Of a stretch of DNA of 64,000 bases, positions 1 to 12,600 are shown in pieces. Numbering within the stretch: position 1 is the first letter of the stretch; each line of letters opens with the position of its first letter. The notes under the pieces are model-generated. The model saw nothing but the letters and a program-made list of their open reading frames with translations, had not been told where the DNA came from and did not search any database. The stretch is from Podarcis tiliguerta (taxonomy: Eukaryota): assembly GCA_965153285.1 (NCBI GenBank), contig OZ229111.1. The stretch is one strand, 5' to 3'. Position numbers and translations under genes: made by a program.

Positions 1-1633
1 TTTTATTGACTTGTAAATGGTTTATAATGAAGCATTTATTTATGAGTATAAGTGTTTTGGATAAATAAAAATGAGTAAAGCAATTGTTTAAATGTTTCTG
101 TTGGGTATTTTGGATCATTTTGCACATAGACTAAACCTGGTTGCTTAAGAGTCTTTCTCAACCAGGTATGCAAATTACATTTTAAAAAAACAAACACTTA
201 ACTACAATGCCTGGTTGAACAGATAAGGCTTGCTTCCACATAAACAACTGATAGAGCTCACTTCCAGTAATAAAATTGCTCTCCAAATTTGTTTCCTCCT
301 GCCCCATCAGAGTACTGAAGAGCATCTCATTGGTGTCCAGTGGCTTTGTTTTTGAATATGTTTTTTGGGGAATACTGAAATCTGACCACAGTGTGTTCTC
401 TTGAGGTTTCTTTGAACTGCACTTGTTGAGAATGTTGTTCCCCCCTTCTAATAGTGACTGTTTAATCCCTAAATTCTGCTGAGTCTTGGTTGCTGCCTGC
501 TCATGTTTTTTTTGTTTTTAAAGGAGTTTATTGAGCTCCACTTTGTGTGTTTGGCAGTTTACACTAGTCTCTTTCCATTCCTCCCTTTTATGGTGGAATG
601 TGGCACTTGGATTCCTCCCAGGAGCCAACAAGATTGAATGATGCTGTAGTAAATCCATTTTGAATGGGAATTCACAACACATAATATAGCCAAACCACCA
701 CTCTAGCTTATGGATGTGTGTGCATAGAAGACTAAAGTGTAGCAGAATACTCTGCAAACAAACTCAGTGGCATGAGGTCAGCATGCATCTTACAGAAAAG
801 GAAACGACGCTGTGTGTAATTAACATTTGCTTCCTTATTATAAATGGAATGACAGAAAGCTGGCATAGCTTCTGAGTAGACAGGTTAACCTCTGAATCGT
901 AGTGAGCCCTTCCATTTCGGAGAGGGTTTAGTTCTTCTATATGCACAACATAGAAGTGGGTCTTGCTTGCAAAACAAAACCTTTTGGAAGGCTTGGGGAT
1001 TATCTGATTTGGTTTATTAAGTGGATTATGTTGTTCCACTCAAATTAGGCTTGCTGGATAACATCTGGTAGCAACTGAAGAGCTAGTGGGGTTTTTTTTG
1101 TTTTTTGTTTAAATGTGACTTAATTGAATTTATTGAAAGGTGGTACTTAATTTTTTTACACAGTTTCATATGGCCTTCCATGCCATGCAATCACAGGTCC
1201 ACTCTTCGCTCTTAAGGGTTGCTGTTTCCTTTGCTGTTTTCCATATCAATGGAAGGGTCATTTTGAAGTTGCAGCACTGGTCCCATATCTTATTTTATAA
1301 GCATGTGAGTGTAACTCCTGTTCTGATCTTTGGAAATAGAGTGAGTAAAAAGAAAAAGAAACACATCTTAGATAAAAAATTTTTTTTTAAAGATACACAT
1401 TTGTGCTATATTTGTGTGTATAGATGGACATTTGGAAATAATTCCTGTATTGTATTTCTGTTACACCTTACCGTAGTTGGAGAAGACTGGCCTGTGTGCC
1501 TCTCTGCTCAGTCTGCAACCCAGGTGCTAACTGTGGACGGGAATTTCAAGGCCCCTGCTGCCCCTTCTTATGGTTCTTTGTCCCTTGCATAGCCCTTCAA
1601 ACAGTATTAAAAACTCAGATATATATATATTAA

Positions 1634-2001
1634 AAAGGTAAAGGACCCTTGAAAGTTAAGTCCACTCGCAGACGACTCTGGGGTTGTGGCGCTCATCTTG
1701 CTTTACAGGCCGAGAGAGCTGGCGTTTGTCTGCAGACAGTTTTTCCGGGTCATGGCCAGCATGACTAAGCCGCTTCTGGTGCAACAGAACACCGAAACCA
1801 GAGCAGCGCATGGAAACGGCGTTTACCTTCCCCCGGAGTCGTACCTATTTATCTACTTGCACTTTTGGGTGTGCTTTCAAATTGCTAGGTTGGCAGGAGC
1901 TGGGACCGAGCAACGGGAGCTCACCCTGTCGCGGGGATTCGAACCACTGACCTTCTGATTGGCAAGCCCAAGAGGCTCAGACCACAGCGCCACCCACGTC
2001 C
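1634..2001 (-). mobile_element. Sauria SINE, near full length
   Basis: On the - strand: tRNA-like head with B box (GGTTCGAATCCC), Sauria core (TGCAAGTAGATAAATAGGTAC...CAGAAGCGGCTTAGTCATGCTGGCC) and (ACCTTT)n tail. Both flanks are (AT)n. Confidence 0.9.
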
Positions 2002-3556
2002 ATATATATGGGAATTAAACCACCCTGGGAATTGTAGCTCTGCAAGGGGAACTGGGATGTCCTAACAACTCTCAACATCCTTAACAAACCCAGGATTCTT
2101 TGTGGGGTAGCTATGACTGTATGATTACTGTTCTAAATGTATTGTGCAGATGGATGCTGCATCTGCATCCTGAATTCAGCTTTCTGCAATGCACTGAAAG
2201 CCTCTAGGATCTTTGTCCTAAGAAATCAAAGTGTCAGTGTTTTTTGATATCTGGGCTATTAAAGTCTTCACAACCATGGTATATATAAGGAAGGTTGATG
2301 TGTGTGTGGTGAGGGGGGGGGGATAAGGGCAAGCATTTGTGCAGGGAATGAAGGCTGGAGTGATCTGTCTTTTTTCTGAAGGTGTCTGGTGTGTGTTTTG
2401 TGCCTGCCACTAAAGTCTTCCTTTCCCAGAAGCCTTTCTGAGAATGGTGTGACATTTCAATATTGGTATCAAAGGAACATTCCTGTCCTTATCAGACTGG
2501 GGTCACGTAGAACGTGCAAACTATTTTATTTGCATTGTTGAAAATAACACTATAGTGGTATTTTGGGGGGTGGGGAAGAAATGCAGCAAGCAACCTGGAT
2601 GGAAAAGGCAAGGTAGAATAATTATTTTAAGTAATTAAAGGCAATTATGTTTGCCCTGGGTACTCACAATGTTGACCCCTTTTACATTGTTCCCCATGCC
2701 GGTGTTTCTCTTCTTGAGAAGGGCAGTGTTGGGTTATTTCCTATCTCATAACAGCAGAGATTGTAAGCTACAACTGCTGCAGCTGTTGCATCTCTATGGA
2801 AAATGGAAAAGTTTGGAGTTATTACCCAATCTGTTTCAAAGTTTTAGTTTTTAGGTATAAATTATTCTCTTTTAAGACCCTAGTAATATACTTATATTAA
2901 ATCCAGATTTCCTTTAGAATTTTTTTTTTAAATTGATACAGGGACTTCTCATTATTGAAAAATTGAGCTAATATATTTATTTTTTAAATTAAAATGTAAT
3001 TTGATTTTTACTCACCTTGATACAATATTAGTATAGTAATAGGAAAATTAGCATTAGCAACCTGCACTCTCCAGTTTGGAACAAGGAAATTTTGGAATGC
3101 GTGCTAGTGACTTAAGCAGCTGGTGCTTATTTGCCTCTTTAGAACATTTTAAAATCCTGCTCTTGTTCCAATATTTATTTTTGAGCAAGGCTGCTTAGAT
3201 TTAAGCAAGAATTCCATCCTAGTGCATGGTTACATATGTCAAATGGTAGAATATTTTTTTAAAGTCTTGCAGTTCTTGAGTAGTGTGGCAGTGTACATAA
3301 ATCAAGCTTTAGTAGTAAGACAATGCTACATCCCCAATTATACGTGGGGTCTAGTTTGCGGCTTATTTATGTGCCAATACAATTCCCTTCAGAGGTTTTT
3401 TTAAGGTGAGGAGAAGCCCTGTGTGCTTTCAAACTGAGCATAATTGAGCTGAAGGAGATTAATCTAAAACCGTCAGGAAGTTAGATTCTTGTATCCTGCA
3501 TCTTATTACCTAATATGGATGCATAATTTTTTCTCTCTTCTCTTTGTGTGTGTTAG

Positions 3557-3652
3557 ATCTGTCTTCAGCAAAGCGGAAGTTTGCAGATTCTTTGAACGAT
3601 TTCAAATTTCGATGTATAGGAGATGCAGAAACAGATGATGAAATATGCATAG
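3557..3652 (+). CDS. ARHGAP26: ARHGAP26 exon 2 equivalent (96 nt), BAR domain
   Basis: ttag|AT CTG TCT...TGC ATA G|gtaagt; (N)[31 protein letters not shown](A). Confidence 0.96.
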
Positions 3653-6600
3653 GTAAGTGTGGGCAGGCTTCAGAAGCCGCTGGAGCATTTGGTACAAGTT
3701 GGCTAATTCTGCTTTAGCAGGAGGAACCCCCATATGTGTAAAATGCCACACACAGTAGACCAGCAAATAATGAGTCTGTAAATGATTAGTCATCACTTTT
3801 TCAGCTGGTTAACAGAAGTTGTCCAAAAGTGATGAATTAGGTCTGAAAGCACAGGTTCCTTTTAGTTTAGCTTCTTAGGTCCGTGAGGGAATAGACGTTG
3901 AATATTAGTTCCCCATCTGAAAGTGCAGGCTGTAATATTCTGTGGGCAGTTGTACACCTATCAGACAAAACAGAGTAAATAAATGAAGAATGGAATGACG
4001 TTTACCTGCTGCCTAAACCAGAATTAGCTCCCTTAGTTATGATTTCAGGAAGCTGCAGGCAATATTTTTTAGCCTGCTTTATTCCAGAATATTACGGAGT
4101 AGTTACACTAATGAGACGAATGATATGTAATTAAAATAGGTGAATACTGCACATGTGTGCTCAACCGTGTGTGTCAAATGACTTTTTGAATCAAGCATTA
4201 TTGTACTGTTTTTGGAAGATAAAAATAAGGGAGCAACTTGGCAAGACAGCAGGTGAGCCATGTTTGGTTCTCCAACAGTTTTGTTTTTATAAAGAGCAAA
4301 CGTAGTTGCCTAGGGTCCCTGATTCAACACTGGGCAGAAAACCCCTTTCCTTCAACCCCCTTTCTCATTCTATTCCCCATCCTCCAAAGGATCTGGAGGT
4401 ATACAGGTAGTGTGTTGATATTTGGATTGGAAAAAATGACAAGCCGACCTATTCAAGTAGGATTTCTATTATTAATTCTTCCAGGGGCCATTTTGGGATG
4501 GGTTGCTCTTCATTTTTCTGCTGGAAAACATTCAGCCACACAGTGTTACAGTTGTTCCACCAGCACAAGTGTTTCTGCTTGCTGGGTGGAACAGAAACCC
4601 TCCTCGTTTACATTTTAATGTGCATGTGCCTTACAAAAATTGAAATGTGTGGTAGCATATATTGAAAACAGTCCTTCTTGTGACCAAACTTATGTTTTTC
4701 TATCTCTCCCCCCCCCACAGCAAAATCCCTGCAAGAGTTTGCTGCTGTTCTTAGGAATTTAGAAGATGAGCGCATGCGCATGGTATGGACTTTGTGTATG
4801 CAAAATAATGTGAGGAAAATCGATGATGAGCTTTTGGGAGTTATAGCAGTGGAAGCGGGGAAGGAACAATCCTTGGGAAAACTTAGAGTCTGGTCTAGGT
4901 GAAATAGCAGCCATGTAATATTTTGTTTTGAGCAGAGTGTCTCCTTGGCATAAGTGATTTAGGGTCTGTAAGTGCGCTGTGTTTAGAAGCCAAGGTGGTG
5001 CATTTTGCTGAGGAACCTGTGGCCTTCCAGATGCTGTTGGATTCCAGTTCCCATCGGCTCCCACCAGCCTGGTCTGGGATGATGGGAGCTGTACTACAGC
5101 AACATCTGAAGGGCCACAGACTCCTCACCCCCTGGCATACATTGTGCAGTGTCAAGGCTTTGATATATCTGCTGGCCATGGGAAGAAGACTGTGAAGAAT
5201 TTCTGTGCCGCTCTTGCCTGCTTTGGCCAATGGCCATGGTATAGCTCAACAGCCAGAATTGTCAGCTTTTGTTCCTCAAAGAATAGCAATATTCATCCCT
5301 TTGGGAGTAAGTCTTGGCAGCATAACAGGGAGGGCAAGCCACGATGAACTGCCTGCCACTGAATCCAGTTGGTCTGGCACTCAGAGAACAAAGACCCAAT
5401 TATCCAGTACAGCTTGTTTATACATTTTTGCTCTCGCTTGGAGTAAAGTTTCCCTGATAGCATTGAATGTAGAAGTTGTTGTAGAGATGGGCCAAATGTG
5501 CTGAGTGTGTCCACATTTTCCATCCTCACAGATACTTCCAATAACTCAGCAACAGACAGATGCCACCGTCACCCACACACATGTATGCCTGTGGTAGTTG
5601 CACACTTTCTCTTTCTTCGAGAGCTAGATCCCAGTTCTCTTGCTACTGTTTCCAAACACCTGTTGATCAGCTCAGCAGAAACACATGTACGCAGTTAGAA
5701 AAGAAAAGCACAATATAAATTGCGGTAAGGTAGAAGAGCTAAAATTCACACTAGCAGGGGGGAGAATCTCAGCCCAGAAGCTTGGCAAAAAAGAGAGGTG
5801 CTAACAGAACGACTATGGAGGGGGCCAATGACATCTTCACATAAGGAGTTCAGTAAGCTGGGCACTGCAACCAAGAAGGCCCAGCTCTGTGAGTATATTG
5901 GGATAGTAAATGCCCACATGTATGGACACGCGTGGATGTTAAACTGTAAATTTGGATGGAAGGAATCAGATTTAAACTCTCACAGGTATAGACTGCTGAG
6001 ATAAATTTTGAAGGGGAAAACTGAATTCTCAGCAAGATTCATCAGTCATGTTGACAAGCCCAGAGTCATTACCTCAGTTACTGCCGCACTTCGGAAATTT
6101 AGAACTCTCTCTCTCTCTCTCTGTGTGTGTGTATTGTTTCAGGATCTAATATTTACCCTAACTGTTGTGCGACTTCATCACTCCATCTTGTTATTGTTGT
6201 CTGAGTGTTCAAAGTTTATTTGTTGTAAACTGTTTAGAAGCTTCAAGCAAGCGGCATATAATTTTTTTGTTAAACAAATAAATGTTTCAAACTAAGAAAA
6301 AACTGCATCACAGAACAATATACTGAATAGGGTTGAGCTATTCAAACTGTTGAATGCCACAACTTCCTTCTGTTTTATAAGGGCCTAGGTGAACTGGGCT
6401 GTAATCCTATGCCAATTAGCCTGGGTGTTAGTCTTATTGAACTCAGTGGGGCTGCTGAATCAACACATAGGATCACACTCTCAGGCATATTGTACTGCTT
6501 GTGAATTGTTCCTGCTTGATGTATTTACATGTAAATGCCAGTTATTTTTATGTCATCATCCTTAATTATATGCTCTGCAAATTTCTGAGTCATACAAGTT

Positions 6601-9600
6601 TCTCAGGAGGGAAGAATATCCTATATTCAAACAGAATTCTAGTAATTGAGCACAGGAGTTAGGAAGCATTTATCAGAATGAAGGAATCTGAATGTTTTTT
6701 CTTTACTGTCATCAGATTGAGAATGCTGGTGAGGTCTTAATCACACCTCTGGAGAAATTTCGTAAGGAGCAAATTGGTGCTGCTAAGGTAGGTGGATAAG
6801 TGGCGAATGATAATCTTGAAACCCTTTGTCTATGCTGGAGGTTTGAAAGTCACAACATATGTATTATGTTGGGATTTTGAAAAATGTATGAATCCCTCGA
6901 TTATAGTATTTTGCTGCATCCTATAATGTCCAGCATAACCTTTGTCTTGTATAACAGCAGCAAAGCAAAGTCTCTGCCTAAGCCTACGCCTTTTATATAA
7001 GGTATATAAGGTATATGTTATTTATTTACGCTTAAAAATATATATGTGAAGGCTACTGTACAGGGTAGTGCCCACCGAAGACACCTTACCACAATGACAA
7101 TTTACAGAATATCAATAATAAAACCATAAAACTGTCAAATTGCCCCCTCCTCTGAAAAGCAGTCAGTAAAGATACACAGCAAAAGCAAGCCACAACTTCT
7201 GTTGTCTATGTTCTGGTACAACTCTAGGTTAGATTACTGCAACATGTTATATGAAGGGCTGGCCTTGAAGACAGTTTGCAGCTGGTACAGAATGAAGTGG
7301 CCAGGTTGCTCACCAGGGCAAGATGGCCTGACTGCACTGGCTGCCAATTAGTTTCTGGTCCCAATTCAAAGTGCTGTTTTTGACCTATAAAGCCTTAAAT
7401 GACCCAGGACTGGAATACCTCAAGGGCCGCCTCTCCCTATATGAACTGATCCAGACCCTGCAATCTGAGGCCCTTCTTCGTGTGTCGCCTACATGAGAGG
7501 TCAGGAGGTTGGCAGCAGAAGAATAGGCCTTTTCTGTGGTGGCTCCCCGTTTGTGGAATAGTGTCCCCAGAGAGCACCTGCATTATGTATCTTTAGGTGC
7601 CAGGCATTAAGGTTTTTCTATCACTGGGCCTTTGGCTGATTAACATTTTATGGGTTGGGGGGAGGTTATTGGTTTGTTTTTGTTTTATTATGTATTTTGT
7701 GATCTCATTTTGTATTTTTATGTTGTGAACTGCCCTGTGATCTTTGGATGAAGAATGGTATACTACTACTACTACTACTACTACTACTAATAATAATAAT
7801 AATAATAATAAATAATAATAGTGGGTTATGCCCAGGGGCTGGATGTTGTCCATTGCTGCTGAAAATGCACAAGAATACGCACTACTTAGTACCATGATGC
7901 CTTGGCATTCTTCATGGGCTTGTTCATTAGCTGACATTAGTGAGGGAAGAAGAAAGCAGGAGAGCAGCAGCAGGAGGTCTGCTGCTGTATTTTCAGGGGA
8001 GTCTCTCAACCTAAAACCCCATCTTTCATCTCAGAAATTTCTGAGATTAGGCACAGCTCTAATTTTTACTCAGTTTCTGTGAGGCCTTGTACCTTTTGTC
8101 CTCTGTCTTGTCTTGCTTTGTTACTATAACAACTTGTTGCTGCTCTTAAGATATATGGGCTTCTGCCAGTTTCACTTTCCTTCAGCCTTTCTTCTTGTAA
8201 AACAGAGGCTTCTTGTAAACTCTTTATTGAAGAGGCTCTGATTTTGGTGTTTGATTTACAACGTCACCTAGGAGTGACACCAGAGCTGGAATCGAATTGC
8301 ACAAGGCGGTGGAATTAATTTGATGTTAGCAAAGGCCATAACCTAAAACAGGGGTTGTCAATATGGTGTCCTCTAAATTTAGTTGGACTCCAGCTAGCAT
8401 GACTGGGGTGAGGATGATGGGAGTTGTAGTACAGTAAAATTTTATGTTAAATTTTTAGAATTAATAAAAGAACATGTTAGCATTTGGCTCAACCTTCCTT
8501 TGACATGCTGAAGTACTGCGGCAATGCAATTGTTCTTGATATGTATATGGCATATTTTGGCAGGAAGCCAAGAAAAAATACGACAAGGAGACGGAGAAAT
8601 ATTGCGGTGTGTTAGAAAAGCACTTAAACCTGTCTTCCAAGAAGAAGGAATCCCAACTTCAAGAGGTGAGATTGGCTTCTTGTTTTCTTGTCACGCTTCC
8701 CTGTTATAGACCCCATTAATTGCTTATACACTTCAGGGCTCAGGCTGCAATGAGAAAGAAAGGCCTTTTCTGAAGTTTCTGGAACTTGGTTTTAAGAGCC
8801 CAGCCAACACAATATGTTAAAACACATTTTTGCAATTTTAAAAAACAAAAACAACTCTTGAATTTGAGACTACGTGAGCTCTTGTTTTGAGCTTTGTTAG
8901 GGCATGGATTATGAATATGTTAAGTGAAATACATATTGGCTGCTGGAGTCAAGCTGCTGTTGGTGCCAATGGAAGCTTTCCTCCGGATGTAGAAAGCATT
9001 GTTGAAGGGGGATTTTTGCCGGGACTGTGGCAAAGTAGGAAAGAATTAAACTCCTTCTTCCTGTTTGTCTCCTGCAATGATTTCCTTCACATTGAAGTCA
9101 TTATTGTTTTTTAAAATGTGTTGTTTGTTCCTAAAATAAATAGTTTTAAGATTCAGGGGTTCACCTCCAGAATGAAAGGGGGAAGGAGAATTTGCTGTAG
9201 CCAAGAGAATGTGATCCTTCGATTATGTAAAAACAATGATATTGAAGACAGTGGCATGTTAATCGTTTTTTGTGAACTGCAGTCAGTGTAAACAAAGGAT
9301 AGGCAGACTGAGGAACCGTTTGATTTACTTAAAAAACAACAAGTTATTAGAATCCCAGCCGATCTCTATCTAATATTTGGCGAACGCATCCAATAACTGT
9401 TTGATGGTTAGCTGTTGCGCAGTAATTGTGGTGAATATTGGACTAGTGAAACTTGTGGGTAGTGAAATTTCTGAGGTAATGGAATGTTTGGGAACATCCT
9501 GGCTACTCAAGCGGGCAAGGCTGTTGGCAACAAAAACCTCTATTTTGTGAAAGAGAGGAACAGTAGCTAGTTTGCTGAGATTAAAAAAAAATTGTTGTGA

Positions 9601-12600
9601 GGAGGAGCTCTGAAGGGCAGACAAGGGCTTGGATAGAAAGTCAGAGAACTCTAATGAAACCTAAGGAACAAAGAGTGTACATGCAGTATCGCTGAAGGAA
9701 AGAGGCAGATGGAGCAGTGGACTGAATTAATATACATTAATATGGGGGGGGGCAGAGATGGATGGCAGGGATGACTGAGGAAAAACTGTGGGTTGTGGGA
9801 TAGGGAACTAAAGGGCCTGGTGTAGACCCTGAGAGGCCCCTTGTGCCTTACAGCACACCCACCCATGTGTTCTGCCAGTTATTGTTTCCGCCATTACTCA
9901 GTTTTGACCTGAGAAACCTGAGGAGTTAGTGAGGGCAGTCAGACAGTGGCGTGCTGAATTTTGTCTATCAATTAGAACTAACTAGCTAATTGTTTGCTTC
10001 CTTTCAGATACAATTCTTGTATGTAACCACTGAATAATGGCACCACCTTGTGGACATCTTTCACATCCATCTTTAGTTCTGGGTACTTTTGGAAAAGAAG
10101 TTACATTAAACATTTTATTTTTGCCAGAAGGAGCTCTGAGCTTTCCATTTTAAACATGCCTCTGTATTTGGTGCTTAGAATGCCTGATAGCCATTGAGCC
10201 CTCACTAATTTTACCTTTACAAGCTCTTTGTACGCTCAAGCTATCTTGACTGAGTGACATCTTCGCCTGAGTGATATTTTGGTTTAGGCGCCTTAGATTT
10301 TGAATGAGGTGTCCAAATGTTTTCAGCTTCCATATGGAAGCAGGGGTGCCTCGGCCTTGAAATGTCTGAGGATTTAGCTATTGAGCTAGGATTTCAGAAG
10401 GGGAAGCATGCCAGAAGAATGACAAATGTGTGTGGAGAAGATCGTTGTTTGTGGTAATTTTAGAAGAGTGGGTGCTGTGCTTCATTAATAACATACAGCT
10501 GCTTCGCGGGTGTGTCTGGCTCAGCCAAAGACAATAGTTCATGTGTTGAGAGCTCTGAGTTTCTTCTGTTGGCCAAACATCTGGGAGGTTGGAATTCATT
10601 TAGTTGCTTAGCAAGCCTGCTAATATGGCACCACGTCTTACTGACTTCACTTAAGAGTATCCCACTCCTTGTACACTGGACCCTTGTGAACATTAGTATT
10701 TACTTTATATTTTTGTATTTCATATGCTACTCAATTTAACCATATCCCTTGGGTGTTTTCACAAATCTAAATCAGTAAGATACAAATACCGTCAGCTGTC
10801 ATAGATTTAAAACAACCTGCTCAAAAGTTCATAAAAAGCAGGCATGAGCCCAAACAATAAGCAGCATCAAATCAGCAATATTTGTAAATGTATAAATAGT
10901 TATAAATGTATTCAAATGCTTAGGAGAATTAGGAGGTCTTCATTTGGTGCCTGAAAGATCCTAAGGTGGGTAACCGGGGGAACATCCCATAATCGAGGCA
11001 TGACCACTAAGGAGGCCTTCAAGCTGCCTTTGAGTTACATAAACTTGAGAGACCCTGGTTCAATGCCCCCTCTCAGCCATGAAGTATACTAGGTGACTTT
11101 GGTCCAGTGACCTACATTTTGTAGGATTGTTGTAAAGTTAAAAGGGAGAAGAAGCATGCACTGTATGCCTTCCTGACCTTAGAGGAAGATAGATTTACGA
11201 ATTATGAATACGCAAATTAATATAACACTACCAACAACCAACCTAGCAGTTCGAAAGCACGTCAAAGTGCAAGTAGTGCAAATGCAAGTAGATAAATAGG
11301 TACCGCTCCGGCGGGAAGGTAAACGGCATTTCCGTGCGCTGCTCTGGTTCACCAGAAGCGGCTTAGTCATGCTGGCCGCATGACCTGGGCACCGGCTCCA
11401 TCGGCCAGTAAAGCGAGATGAGCGCCGCAACCCCAGAGTCGGGAACGACTGAACCTAATGGTCAGGGGTCTCTTTACCTTTACCAACAACCAACAACTCC
11501 TAACAGCTTGTGAGAAATCTAAGCAGTAGCTGTTTGGTGCCAATTTAGATCTCATGCTGTTTCTTTGTGAATAATTCAAATAAAAGGAATTATTTCCTTT
11601 TTTTTTTAAAGGAGATTCACTCTGGGAAACCCTGAAATTCCTTCAGAGCCTAGGGTTCCTCAATGAGATGGAGAGTAATTCTTCTTGTGGACTTGGTATA
11701 ATGTTTGGATGTCCTATCTACTTTTTTCTGGAACTCAACTTTCTTTTGTGAAGATTACTGTTCAAGCAGCACTTGCATAATATTGGTGGCAAATGTTAAC
11801 ATTTAATAGCTGCTTTGTATCTTTTTAATCCACATGGTGATTTGACAGGCAGACAGCCAGGTTGACCTGGTTCGACAGCACTTCTATGAAGTCTCCCTTG
11901 AGTATGTCTTCAAAGTACAAGAAGTTCAAGAGAGGAAGATGTTTGAGTTTGTGGAACCAGTAAGTAAACAGTCGTGGCTTTTCATTGTTACCCTGTGAAC
12001 TGTTTTATGGTATAGTAGATATTGGAGATGGTTCTAACTGCTTGCTTGCAGTTCAGATGGGAAAACTGACAAACAGCTGCTGTGAAGTCTCCTACACTTT
12101 AAAAAGAATCAATTTTGTCACGGTGATTGAGTTTCCAAAAAGGCATTAATTATAGAGTAACAATGTTGGAGTGCCTTCTGTTTTCTCATAAATTGTGAGA
12201 CAATCGTCTGAATTTGAATAGGATCACTAACGTGGCCTTCATCAGTCTCACACCTAAGCAGGATGGGACCTGTTGCCTTTTGTGGTGTGGTCTCAAATCA
12301 CCTGGAAGAGTGTGGTGTGAATATCACAGTACCTCCCAGTTTTCCTCCCTCTTGCAATGGTTGGTTGAAACAGAGCTGACTTTATTAACCTCTTCTGTAC
12401 TTGATATGATTGCCTCACAGGATTTCAGCTAAACCCCATAGACACTAATTGACAAGCACAATCTGTAGAGTCCTGTAATTTTTTAGGTCCATGGAATTGT
12501 AAAAGTAAATTAAAGGAAACGAGAAGGCAGTGGGTTATAATACAGTCCAGAACAGGCTGACACTCTATTACTGGATCTGCCAGCTTCTGACTAAGAGCAA

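Noticed and set aside
4769-4782. NRF1-like GCGCATGCGCA in exon 3
   Set aside because: Explained by the codons for R-M-R-M.
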